In this document: piece after piece, positions 55,724 through 64,000 of the stretch | How positions within the stretch are numbered: position 1 is the first letter of the stretch | Layout: each line of letters begins with the position of its first letter | Assembly: GCA_017528205.1 (NCBI GenBank) | Contig: JAFXPE010000004.1 | Span: 15,079-79,078, forward strand | From: Alphaproteobacteria bacterium | Lineage (GTDB): Bacteria > Pseudomonadota > Alphaproteobacteria > RF32 > CAG-239 | DNA: 64,000 bases | Direction of reading: 5' to 3' | Notes under the pieces: model-generated | What the model was told of the DNA's origin: nothing | The model's database searches: none | Seen by the model: only the letters and a program-made list of their open reading frames with translations | Position numbers and translations under genes: made by a program

Positions 55724-57403
55724 TTACTCCTTCTCTTTACCGTCAAGCAATTTGTTTGTGTATTCTTCTTCATAGAAACGAAGCGTGGATAATACCGGAT
55801 TTGGTGCGGTTTGGCCCAAGCCGCAAAGCGAAGCTTTCTGCATAGCAAAGGCAATTTTCTTTAATTGTTCCAAATCTTTCTTTTTGCCGCGACCACGATT
55901 GATTTTATCGAGCAAAAGCAACATCTGCTTGCCGCCGATACGACACGGAGCACATTTGCCGCAAGACTCATCAACCGTAAAGTCCAGATAGAATTTGGCC
56001 AAAGCAACCATATCCGACGAATCGTCAATCACGATTAAACCGCCGGAGCCCATAATTGAGCCGATTTTTTTCAATTCTTCATAGCAAACCGGCATATCCA
56101 TCAACTTGGCAGGAATAAGTCCGCCCGACGGACCGCCCGATTGTACGGCTTTCAGCGTTTTGCCTTCCGGCACGCCGCCGCCGATTTCGTTAACAATCTC
56201 GTTAATGGTGGTTCCCATCGGCACTTCGATCAAACCGGAATGTTCAACTTGACCGGTAAGCGCAAACACTTTTGTCCCTTTGGAAGTTTCGGTTCCGAAA
56301 GAAGCAAACCAATCGGCGCCTTTCATCAAAATCTTCGATACGTTGGCTAGCGTTTCCACGTTGTTAACGCAAGACGGTTTGCCCCACAAACCTTTGTTGG
56401 TCGGATACGGCGGACGCGGACGCGGTGTACCTCTGGCGCCCTCAATGGAGTGAATCAAAGCGGTTTCTTCACCGCAAACAAACGCGCCGGCACCCAGACG
56501 AATGTCGATATTAAACGAAAAATCCGTACCCATAATGTTTTTGCCCAAAAGCAAATTCTTGCGGCAAGCTTGAATTGCCTTTTGCAATCTTTCCACCGCC
56601 AACGGATATTCGGCACGAACATAAAACCAACCTTCGGTAGCCCCGATGGCATAAGCGGCAATCATCATACCTTCGATAACCGCGTGCGGGTCACCTTCCA
56701 AAATGGAACGGTCCATGTATGCGCCCGGGTCGCCTTCATCGCCGTTACAAATAATGAATTTTTCATCAATTGTCGGCACTTTGGCTGCCAATTCCCATTT
56801 CATACCGGTAGAGAAACCGCCACCGCCGCGACCGCGCAAGCCGGATTTTTTAATTTCTTCCACCACCTGTTGCGGTGTCATAGTTTTCAAGGCCTTTTCC
56901 AAAGCCAAATAACCGCCTCTGGCCATATATTCGGAAATATCTTCCGGATCAATGTGACCGGCGTTTTTCAAAACCACTTTTTCCTGCTTGGTAAAGAACG
57001 GCAAATCCAGCGACAGAACGTAAGATTTAAGCTCGTCTGCCAACACCATATCGCCGGTATTACCTAAAGCCGGAATAACATATTTTTCCATAATTGTCCG
57101 CGTGGCATCAAGGTCTACGCGCTTAAACAAAATATCCTTACGGCCTTTAATTTCAACTCTGATAAGCGGACCATGTGCGCAAAGGCCCATACAACCGGTG
57201 GCAACAACGCGAACCTTATCGGTTAAGGAATTTTCTTCCAAAATTTTTTGAATGAGTGCGATTAAATCGTCACTGCCCGAAGACTTACAGCCGGTTGAAT
57301 GGCAACAATAAATGCTGCATTCATATTTTTCGATTTCGGCAAGTTTGTTTTTCGCGATTGTGTGAATATCAAACTTTTTGCGGATTTCTTCCATATCTAC
57401 CAT
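55724..57403 (-). CDS. hydB: NADH-binding flavoprotein subunit HydB (NuoF/51-kDa-like)
   Basis: ...GRGGGGFSTGMKWE... FMN/NADH motifs, NuoF colinearity, and C-terminal 4Fe-4S clusters. Confidence 0.9.
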   Translation of the reverse strand: MVDMEEIRKKFDIHTIAKNKLAEIEKYECSIYCCHSTGCKSSGSDDLIALIQKILEENSLTDKVRVVATGCMGLCAHGPLIRVEIKGRKDILFKRVDLDATRTIMEKYVIPALGNTGDMVLADELKSYVLSLDLPFFTKQEKVVLKNAGHIDPEDISEYMARGGYLALEKALKTMTPQQVVEEIKKSGLRGRGGGGFSTGMKWELAAKVPTIDEKFIICNGDEGDPGAYMDRSILEGDPHAVIEGMMIAAYAIGATEGWFYVRAEYPLAVERLQKAIQACRKNLLLGKNIMGTDFSFNIDIRLGAGAFVCGEETALIHSIEGARGTPRPRPPYPTNKGLWGKPSCVNNVETLANVSKILMKGADWFASFGTETSKGTKVFALTGQVEHSGLIEVPMGTTINEIVNEIGGGVPEGKTLKAVQSGGPSGGLIPAKLMDMPVCYEELKKIGSIMGSGGLIVIDDSSDMVALAKFYLDFTVDESCGKCAPCRIGGKQMLLLLDKINRGRGKKKDLEQLKKIAFAMQKASLCGLGQTAPNPVLSTLRFYEEEYTNKLLDGKEKE

Positions 57404-57404
57404 C

Positions 57405-57881
57405 TTACGCCTCCTTAAACACTTCGCGCCATTCGTTTAAAATTTCCGGCACCTGTTCCGGTGTCATACGACCGTAAGTTTTGCCGTTTACAACGCAAAC
57501 CGGAGCCAATCCGCAACAACCTACGCAACGCACGCATTGCAGATGGAAGAGTCCGTCAGGAGTACTCTCGCCCTCTTTGATATGCAGTTCCGATTTAAAT
57601 TTTTCCAAAACCTTGTCGTTACCTTTCAAAAAGCAAGCAGTACCCGTGCATACGGAAATTACGGCCTTACCCGGTGCAACCAGCTTAAAAAAGTTATAAA
57701 ACGTCAGCACTTCGTAAATGCGTGCCAATGGTATTCCCATGGTTTGAGCCAAATCCACGGCATCTTTCCAATCAACATAGCCCTTAACGCCTTGTATTTC
57801 ATGTAAAGCCATAATCAGAGAACCGCGTTTCTTGCGCCATTTCTCACCGACACGGCAACCTAAGCAAGGTTCATTATCCAT
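57405..57881 (-). CDS. hydC: [2Fe-2S] subunit HydC (NuoE/24-kDa-like)
   Basis: ...CTGTACFLKGNDKVLEKF... and ...CVRCVGCCGLAPV..., the NuoE thioredoxin-like ferredoxin motifs. Confidence 0.85.
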   Translation of the reverse strand: MDNEPCLGCRVGEKWRKKRGSLIMALHEIQGVKGYVDWKDAVDLAQTMGIPLARIYEVLTFYNFFKLVAPGKAVISVCTGTACFLKGNDKVLEKFKSELHIKEGESTPDGLFHLQCVRCVGCCGLAPVCVVNGKTYGRMTPEQVPEILNEWREVFKEA

Positions 57882-58057
57882 TTTTATCTCCTCAGACTAA
57901 AGTTTAAGTTCAATTTTTCTGTACGCATTATAGAGTTAATTTTTTATATTGCAATTGATTTTAGCATATTTTCAAAATATTTTTAGCCGGACAATATATT
58001 TAAGACTTTAAGCGCTTGTCTACCATACTTTAGCTCTATATCAACCGCGATCAACGC

Positions 58058-58092
58058 AAAAAAAAACATCGAGCCTCGGCTCGGTGTTTTTT
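58058..58092 (-). terminator. Bidirectional rho-independent terminator (A9-hairpin-T6) downstream of glyS
   Basis: aaaaaaaaa-catcgagcctcggctcggtg-tttttt. On the minus strand it gives a hairpin followed by T9. Confidence 0.55.
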
Positions 58093-58109
58093 ATTGCAAA
58101 TCAGATATT

Positions 58110-60173
58110 TTATGCCACAAAGCGGTGCATCAACGCCGAAATATCACTCAACAGAGCCACACGGTTCTGCCGCTCGGCCGCATCCGGCGAAAGCACCATA
58201 TTGTTGTCAAAAAACGTGTTAATCAAAGCACAGCACTCAGCAACCGTGTTTACAAACGTCTTATAATCATTTGCTTGCAAATTGCTCTCCGCTTTATCCT
58301 TTATTTGCGCAAAGCATTCCACAACCGCGCTTTCGTCTTTGTTTATAACCAAAGACTTGTTAAATTCGGCAGTTTTCTTTTCTTTGCCGAGCAAATTGTC
58401 CATACGTTGCAAGGTCTGATTAAAGCTCTGAAAAGCTGCATCGGTCTGAAGTTCAGAAATAGCCTGCGCCTTGTTTTCCGTTCTAATCACGTTCAGCGCC
58501 GACATATCTATGCGATTTATTACATCGGTAATCGAATAATGCAAGTCTTCATTCAGCATAATGGAAAAACGCTGTTTTACAAAGTTAATCACATAGTCGG
58601 CAAACTCTTCTCTGGTAGTATTTTCCGCCGTATAATAGGCTTTATACAGCTCCGATACCGAGTTGATAAAGTCGGTCAAAGAAAAATCAAAGCCGAATTT
58701 ACCGATAATTGCCAAAATGCCGATGGTTTGACGACGTAATGCAAACGGGTCTTGCGAGCCGGTCGGCCGCAAATTTACCGCACACAAGCCCATAACCGTA
58801 TCTAACTTATCGGCAATGGCAATAATCGCACCCAAAATCGTTTCCGGCAACTTATCGCCGGCATAACGCGGTAAATATTGCTCGGCAATGGCGCGCGATA
58901 CCTCGTCGGAATATCCCTCTTCTTTGGCATAAATAGCGCCCATAATACCCTGTAATTCCGAAAATTCGCCCACAACCGCCGAAACTAAATCGGCTTTCAG
59001 CACCGGAACAACCGTCTTAATTTCTTTTTCCAGATTCAAATTCAGCTTATTTGAAAGAGCCGAGGCAATTTGCGCCACACGCTCCATCTTTTGCACATAA
59101 TTGCCCAGTTTGGTTTGAAATACCACATCCTGAAGTTTTTTCGCCTTATCCGCCAAAGTGGTTCTTTTATCCTCAGCATAGAAAAACTCGCCGTCTTTCA
59201 AACGTGCGGTCAATACCCTCTGATTGCCTTTGGTTACGCCGTCGATGCAATAATCGCCACCATTGCGTACAAACACAAAGCAATTCGCCAATCTACCGTT
59301 TTTATACACCGGAAAATAGCGTTGATGATCTTTCATCGGTGTAATGATAATCGGATCAGGCATAGAAAGGAAATTTTCATCAAAAGTTCCTATCGCCGCT
59401 GTCGGATATTCTACCAAGTTCACAATTTCATCCAGTAAACTTTCGTCAATCGGTACTTCAATATTGTGCTTTTGCTCCAAGTCGTGAATCTGCTTCAAAA
59501 TAAAATCGCGGCGTTCGTTTTGATCAATAATCACAAATGCGTTATGCGCCTTTGCAAAATAGTCATCAACCGAAGTCACAGTAAATTTGCCGTCGGCCAA
59601 CATACGGTGCCCCATGGTATAATCGGAAGAAGCCAAAAACTCTAAGGCAAAATTCAACTGTTTAGCGCCCAAAAAGGCCAACAACCAACGTATCGGGCGA
59701 ATATATTTGCCCACAAAAACATTCCAGCGCATCGGGTTCGGCTGATATACCGACATAATTACATTCGGTAAAATTTCTTCCAAAATCTTGCCTGTGTCTT
59801 TAGTTTCCGTCTTTTGGGTGGCAAAAATATAATCAACACCTTTAATATCCTTAATAAAGGTATCGGCAATACTCAATTTTCTGCCGGCCAAAAATCCCTC
59901 CAAGGCCTTGGTCGGTTTGCCGTTTTCATCATAAGCGCTTTTTTGCGCCGGTCCTTTAACTTCAACCTCTTGTCCTTCTACTTGCAAAGCGATGCTGTTG
60001 ATATAAACTATCAAGCGGCGCGGGGTGTGAAATACCTCGATACCGTCAAAAGCAACGGCGTTTTCGGTTAAGGCCTTTTGCATATTTTCCAACAGGCTGG
60101 AAGCCATTTTTCTGACATATTGTGCCGGAATTTCCTCTATGCCGATTTCCAATAAAAACTTATCATTCATCAT
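58110..60173 (-). CDS. glyS: Glycyl-tRNA synthetase beta subunit
   Basis: 687 aa; colinear with GlyS (MMNDKFLLEIGIEEIPAQYV...). It immediately follows glyQ. Confidence 0.9.
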   Translation of the reverse strand: MMNDKFLLEIGIEEIPAQYVRKMASSLLENMQKALTENAVAFDGIEVFHTPRRLIVYINSIALQVEGQEVEVKGPAQKSAYDENGKPTKALEGFLAGRKLSIADTFIKDIKGVDYIFATQKTETKDTGKILEEILPNVIMSVYQPNPMRWNVFVGKYIRPIRWLLAFLGAKQLNFALEFLASSDYTMGHRMLADGKFTVTSVDDYFAKAHNAFVIIDQNERRDFILKQIHDLEQKHNIEVPIDESLLDEIVNLVEYPTAAIGTFDENFLSMPDPIIITPMKDHQRYFPVYKNGRLANCFVFVRNGGDYCIDGVTKGNQRVLTARLKDGEFFYAEDKRTTLADKAKKLQDVVFQTKLGNYVQKMERVAQIASALSNKLNLNLEKEIKTVVPVLKADLVSAVVGEFSELQGIMGAIYAKEEGYSDEVSRAIAEQYLPRYAGDKLPETILGAIIAIADKLDTVMGLCAVNLRPTGSQDPFALRRQTIGILAIIGKFGFDFSLTDFINSVSELYKAYYTAENTTREEFADYVINFVKQRFSIMLNEDLHYSITDVINRIDMSALNVIRTENKAQAISELQTDAAFQSFNQTLQRMDNLLGKEKKTAEFNKSLVINKDESAVVECFAQIKDKAESNLQANDYKTFVNTVAECCALINTFFDNNMVLSPDAAERQNRVALLSDISALMHRFVA

Positions 60174-60185
60174 ATTTCAAACTCC

Positions 60186-61028
60186 CTAGCATTCTTTGGT
60201 CAGATATAATTTGGCAATTTCTTTCATCAGGTTGCGAATACGCGCAATGTAATTTGCGCGCTCAGTCACGCTGATGGCCCCTTTGGCATCCAAAACGTTA
60301 AAGGTGTGCGAACATTTCAAAGCAAAATCGTAAGCTGTATAAATATTCTCTAAGCTTACCAAACGCTTTGATTCCCGCTCATAGTTATTGAAATCTTCCG
60401 CTAACTGCTTTTCGTCGCACAATTCAAAGCAATATTTGGAATGGTCGTACTCGCGATGATGATATATGTCGCCGTATTTTTCCGCCTCGCTGTATTGCAA
60501 TTCGTAAACATTTTCAACATTTTGCAAATACATGGCTATTCTTTCAAGTCCGTAGGTTATTTCCGCCGTAATCGGCTTGCAGGTCATACCGCCGATTTCT
60601 TGGAAAAACGTAAATTGCGTAATTTCCATGCCGTCAAGCCACACTTCCCAGCCCTTGCCGAAAGCGCCGAGCGTCGGAGATTCCCAGTTATCTTCCACAA
60701 AACGAATATCGTGCTCTTTTTTGTTAAACCCGATATATTCCAAGCTTTTGATGTATATATCGACAATATCGATAGGCGAAGGTTTGATAATCACCTGAAA
60801 TTGGTGATGCTGATACAAACGGTTCGGATTGTCGCCGTAGCGCCCGTCGGCCGGACGTCGCGACGGCTCAACATAAGCACGTGCCACCGGCTTTTCACCC
60901 AAAGCACCGAAAAACGTCATCGGATTCATTGTACCGGCGCCTTTTTCCACATCATAAGGCTCACATATCGTGCAACCCTGTTGCAACCAAAAATCTTGTA
61001 ATTTTCGTTTTAATTCTTGAAAGTTCAT
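60186..61028 (-). CDS. glyQ: Glycyl-tRNA synthetase alpha subunit
   Basis: [21 protein letters not shown]... and ...[28 protein letters not shown]... are near-universal GlyQ motifs. The start was set to the internal ATG. Confidence 0.9.
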   Translation of the reverse strand: MNFQELKRKLQDFWLQQGCTICEPYDVEKGAGTMNPMTFFGALGEKPVARAYVEPSRRPADGRYGDNPNRLYQHHQFQVIIKPSPIDIVDIYIKSLEYIGFNKKEHDIRFVEDNWESPTLGAFGKGWEVWLDGMEITQFTFFQEIGGMTCKPITAEITYGLERIAMYLQNVENVYELQYSEAEKYGDIYHHREYDHSKYCFELCDEKQLAEDFNNYERESKRLVSLENIYTAYDFALKCSHTFNVLDAKGAISVTERANYIARIRNLMKEIAKLYLTKEC

Positions 61029-61125
61029 AGTTTTCCTCACCATCAAATAATTCTGCGCGATAGTAGCTAAAAAAAAGTATGCTGTCAATAACTATTTCCT
61101 TGTTGCCGCAAATTTGCGCGCATAT

Positions 61126-61152
61126 AAAAACAGCCGGCTTTTACACCGGCGG
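61126..61152 (-). terminator. Candidate terminator downstream of the flavodoxin gene
   Basis: A gccgg/ccggc stem. On the minus strand a T-rich run follows it. Confidence 0.35.
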
Positions 61153-61186
61153 TTTTAGCATTATTCCAACGCAAATTAACTGAAAA

Positions 61187-61747
61187 TTACAGCCATTTTG
61201 CGGCCCATTCTTTCAACTCTTCGGCCGAAACGCCGGCAGAAAAACGCTTGCCGGAATCGACCTTAGCACCTGGAGCCAGCTTTTGCATATTGGCTCCGGA
61301 ATTGCCCATCGGGCTACCGCCGGATGTTGCAAACGGAATGACCGTTTTGCCGCTGAAATCGTAGGCTTCCATAAAGGTATCGATAATTGACGGCTCACGA
61401 TACCACCAAATCGGAAAACCGACAAACACCACCTGATATTTTCCCATATCTTCCACTTTGGAAGCAATTTCCGGCCGCGAAGCCAAATCGTTCATTTCAA
61501 CCGAGCTGCGACTTTGCTTGTCACGCCAATCCAAATCGGCGTCGCTGTAAGGCTGTTGCGGCTTTATTTCAAACAAATCGGCACCGATTGAGGTTGCCAA
61601 TCTTTCTGCCACACCGGCCGTGGTTCCGGTGGCGCTAAAATAAGCCACCAATACTTTTTTGTTTGCCATATCACTCTCCTCTGCTTGAACTTTATTCGGG
61701 GTTAAAAACGCCAACCCCACCAAAATTAAAGATAATATCTTTTTCAT
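61187..61747 (-). CDS. Flavodoxin-domain protein with an N-terminal signal peptide
   Basis: A signal peptide (MKKILSLILVGLAFLTPNKVQA), then ...KVLVAYFSATGTTAGVAERLA..., the flavodoxin FMN-binding loop. Confidence 0.65.
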   Translation of the reverse strand: MKKILSLILVGLAFLTPNKVQAEESDMANKKVLVAYFSATGTTAGVAERLATSIGADLFEIKPQQPYSDADLDWRDKQSRSSVEMNDLASRPEIASKVEDMGKYQVVFVGFPIWWYREPSIIDTFMEAYDFSGKTVIPFATSGGSPMGNSGANMQKLAPGAKVDSGKRFSAGVSAEELKEWAAKWL

Positions 61748-61802
61748 TTAATCCTCCGTTTTATCATAATTTACTGCAATATAATTTGTTATTTTATTGA
61801 TT

Positions 61803-62456
61803 TTATTCGTTTTTTACATCTATCAAAATCAATATAGTATGCTTTAGCAAACCTACTGCCCACTTAATAATCAAGGCACCGCCCAAGGCTCCGATTGCGG
61901 CATCAAGCCAAACAATATCAAAAAATTTGCCGATAATTAAGGCAACAATGGCCAAAATTGAAGTCAGCACATCGGCCAAAATATGATAATATGCCGCCTG
62001 AAAATTATAGTCCGTATGCGAATGCTCTTCGCCACGTTCCATAATTGCAATACAGGCCAAATTAATCGTCAAACCGATAACGGCCACCGTTATTGCCTCG
62101 TTAAACTCGATAGACAGCGGGTTAAAAAAGCGATTTAGCGCCTCAATCACAATCCAAATTCCGGTCAATCCCAGAAAAATTGCACTGGTATACGCCGCCA
62201 AAACCCCTATTTTTTCTGTTCCGCACGGAAACTTTGCCGAACCGGTGCATTTACGCATTAAGATATATGCCGCAAAAGTAAGCCCTAAAGCCAACGCATG
62301 CGTGCCCATATGATAACCGTCGGCCAGCAACGCCATGGAATTTGTCCAACAGCCGTAGGCAATCTCCGCTATCATAGTGATAAGCGTTAAAACTATTACC
62401 CAAAGTGTTTTACGCTCGTTTGCTTCGGTAACGCGATGTTCATGATGATGCGACAT
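61803..62456 (-). CDS. Cation diffusion facilitator (CDF) family metal transporter
   Basis: An MSHHHEHR His-rich N-terminus and TM helices with ...LADGYHMGTHALAL... and ...HILADVLTS..., the CDF metal-site motifs. Confidence 0.75.
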   Translation of the reverse strand: MSHHHEHRVTEANERKTLWVIVLTLITMIAEIAYGCWTNSMALLADGYHMGTHALALGLTFAAYILMRKCTGSAKFPCGTEKIGVLAAYTSAIFLGLTGIWIVIEALNRFFNPLSIEFNEAITVAVIGLTINLACIAIMERGEEHSHTDYNFQAAYYHILADVLTSILAIVALIIGKFFDIVWLDAAIGALGGALIIKWAVGLLKHTILILIDVKNE

Positions 62457-62550
62457 ATATTACTCCGTATTTTAAGCAAATATTGCACGGCGAGCCCGAG
62501 ATTTTGCATCTTATTTGCCGTGCAATATTTCGATATTCTGCCCGATAAAA

Positions 62551-62985
62551 TTACTTTATCTGCGAAGTGCAGTGTGGGCATCTGGTTGCTTCAATGGCTA
62601 CATCAGAACAACAATATGGGCACTTTTTGGTAGTCGGAGCAGCTTCGGCTTCTTCCTTAATCATTTTAGCTTGCAGAGTATTTATGGCCTTAATCAGGAT
62701 AAATACGGCAAATGCCACGATGATAAAGCTGATAACCGTATTTAAAAATGCACCGTATTTAATGGCAACTTCTTCGGCTTCTGCCGACTTCTGTACCAAA
62801 ATCAATTTCAAATCGGAAAAATCAACATTGCCCAAAACCCAGCCTATCGGCGGCATAATTACATCTTCAACCAAAGAGCTGACGATTTTGCCGAAAGCGG
62901 CACCGATGATGATACCGACGGCCATATCCATAACATTGCCGCGCATGGCGAATGTTTTAAATTCATTCAAAAAGTTTTTAATCAT
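62551..62985 (-). CDS. mscL: Large-conductance mechanosensitive channel MscL with a C-terminal CxxC-x11-CxxC zinc-ribbon-like tail
   Basis: MIKNFLNEFKTFAMRGNVMDMAVGIIIGAAFGKIVSSLVEDVIMPPIG... is canonical MscL. The C-terminus ...CPYCCSDVAIEATRCPHCTSQIK is unusual. Confidence 0.85.
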   Translation of the reverse strand: MIKNFLNEFKTFAMRGNVMDMAVGIIIGAAFGKIVSSLVEDVIMPPIGWVLGNVDFSDLKLILVQKSAEAEEVAIKYGAFLNTVISFIIVAFAVFILIKAINTLQAKMIKEEAEAAPTTKKCPYCCSDVAIEATRCPHCTSQIK

Positions 62986-62997
62986 TTTTGTTCCTTT

Positions 62998-64000
62998 CTA
63001 TTGATAAATTGGAAAATCGCGGCACAAAGCCACAATTTTTTCTTTGGTTTGAGCAATCACCTCATCGGCATTACCCGACTGAGCCAATGCGTCAATCACA
63101 TCGCCGATGCAATTGCCTATCAACTCAAATTCTTTTTCTTTAAATCCGCGTGTGGTACCGGCAGGAGTTCCCAAGCGCACGCCGGAAGTTATCTTCGGCG
63201 GCTGCGGATCAAACGGAATGGCGTTTTTGTTGCAGGTTATGTGCGCCTTTTCCAGCGCGGTAGTCACCACATCGCCGGTTAGCCCCTTCGGGCGTAAATC
63301 CACCAACACCAAATGTGTATCCGTGCCGCCGGAAACCAAGGCCAAACCACGCTTAACCAGCGTTTGCCCCAAAACTTCGGCGTTTTTGATAACCTGTGCG
63401 GCATAAACCTTAAACTGCGGGGTTAAATCTTCTTTGAAACATACTGCTTTTCCGGCGATAACATGTTCCAACGGCCCACCTTGAGTGCCTGGGAACACCG
63501 CCGAATTTACCTTTTTATAGATATCTTCGTTGTTGGTTAAAATCATGCCGCCGCGAGGTCCGCGCAAAGTTTTATGGGTAGTGGTAGTAACTACATCGGC
63601 CCAGTTCAGCGGATTGGGATGTACACCACCGGCCACCAGACCGGCAAAATGCGCCATATCAACCATCAAATAAGCCCCTACGCTGTCGGCAATTTTGCGA
63701 AAACGAGCAAAATCTATTTGGCGCGGATATGCCGAGCCACCGGCCACAATCACTTTCGGCTTATATTCCAAAGCCATTCTTGCGGCCGCGTCATAATCAA
63801 TCAGACCGCTGTCTTTACACACACCGTATTGCACAGCTTTATACGCCTTACCGGAAAGTGAAACTTTTGAGCCGTGGGTTAAGTGTCCGCCGGCATCCAA
63901 ACTCATTCCCATCAACGTATCGCCCGGATTCATCAAAGCAACATAAACTGCCATATTAGCTTGACTGCCGGAATGCGGCTGAACGTTGACATATTTGGCG
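62998..64000 (-). CDS. glyA: Serine hydroxymethyltransferase, 5' end beyond the window
   Basis: ...[44 protein letters not shown]... and ...[16 protein letters not shown]... are SHMT signature segments. The frame stays open to nt 64000. Confidence 0.9.
   Translation of the reverse strand, partial: AKYVNVQPHSGSQANMAVYVALMNPGDTLMGMSLDAGGHLTHGSKVSLSGKAYKAVQYGVCKDSGLIDYDAAARMALEYKPKVIVAGGSAYPRQIDFARFRKIADSVGAYLMVDMAHFAGLVAGGVHPNPLNWADVVTTTTHKTLRGPRGGMILTNNEDIYKKVNSAVFPGTQGGPLEHVIAGKAVCFKEDLTPQFKVYAAQVIKNAEVLGQTLVKRGLALVSGGTDTHLVLVDLRPKGLTGDVVTTALEKAHITCNKNAIPFDPQPPKITSGVRLGTPAGTTRGFKEKEFELIGNCIGDVIDALAQSGNADEVIAQTKEKIVALCRDFPIYQ

Noticed and set aside
46641-57067. Plus-strand ORFs antisense to adhE, hyd genes and the PP2C gene (e.g. 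46641..47102, 49283..49798, 52428..53063, 56450..57067)
   Set aside because: They are antisense shadows of strongly supported minus-strand genes. Their translations lack any motif and are rich in Arg/His/Phe from the complemented codons.
1-64000. CRISPR arrays, rRNA, tRNA, transposases and integrases
   Set aside because: No regularly spaced short repeats were found. No intergenic segment has the acceptor, D or T-arm pattern of a tRNA, and none is rRNA-like in length or composition. No DDE-transposase or tyrosine/serine recombinase motifs appear in any long ORF. Intergenic regions are short except 16876-17238 and 20669-21109, and those carry no such features.

Overview
This is a 64-kb chromosomal window from a low-GC, strictly fermentative anaerobe. 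I could not assign a lineage from sequence alone. Most genes are on the minus strand.

The right half (about 35-64 kb) is housekeeping and energy metabolism: glyA (runs off the window end), mscL, a cation-diffusion-facilitator transporter, a flavodoxin, glyQ/glyS, a trimeric electron-bifurcating-type [FeFe]-hydrogenase (HydC/HydB/HydA), a sensory-hydrogenase/PP2C regulatory module, adhE, dxs, guaC, cstA, a PreA-like dihydropyrimidine-dehydrogenase-family flavoprotein, an M20 peptidase, hemolysin-III, an FMN reductase and glutathione peroxidase.

The left end carries a giant two-partner-secretion (TpsA/filamentous-hemagglutinin-like) exoprotein of 4,205 aa. No TpsB partner is adjacent.

Between about 16 and 35 kb lies what looks like an accessory region. 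It contains:
- a type-IV-pilin-like gene preceded by an A15 homopolymer;
- a five-gene xenobiotic-modifying array (classic CAT, P-loop kinase, hexapeptide XAT/Vat-like acetyltransferase, two GNATs);
- a 62-aa remnant of a Y-family DNA polymerase;
- a DUF2778/Tlde1-like (L,D-transpeptidase-fold) putative cell-wall toxin followed by three small polytopic membrane proteins;
- an AT-rich gene encoding a novel N-terminal domain fused to a serine-acetyltransferase-like hexapeptide domain, flanked by 48-bp direct repeats.

The most striking element is a tightly translationally coupled, divergently organised eight-gene cluster at 25.2-31.5 kb that has no obvious housekeeping role. It encodes a PLP fold-III decarboxylase, two tandem dCTP-deaminase/dUTPase-fold paralogs, a SAM methyltransferase, a PRTase-like protein, a two-domain cytidine-deaminase-fold protein, a divergent nucleoside-diphosphate-kinase-like protein and a stand-alone alanyl-tRNA-synthetase catalytic-core paralog. 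Together these look like an uncharacterised pyrimidine nucleotide/nucleoside tailoring system, for example aminoacyl or aminoalkyl hypermodification of a pyrimidine nucleotide, a nucleoside-type metabolite, or a nucleotide-based defence function.

I found no rRNA, tRNA or CRISPR array. All functional calls are from reading motifs by eye and need confirmation by HMM or structure searches.
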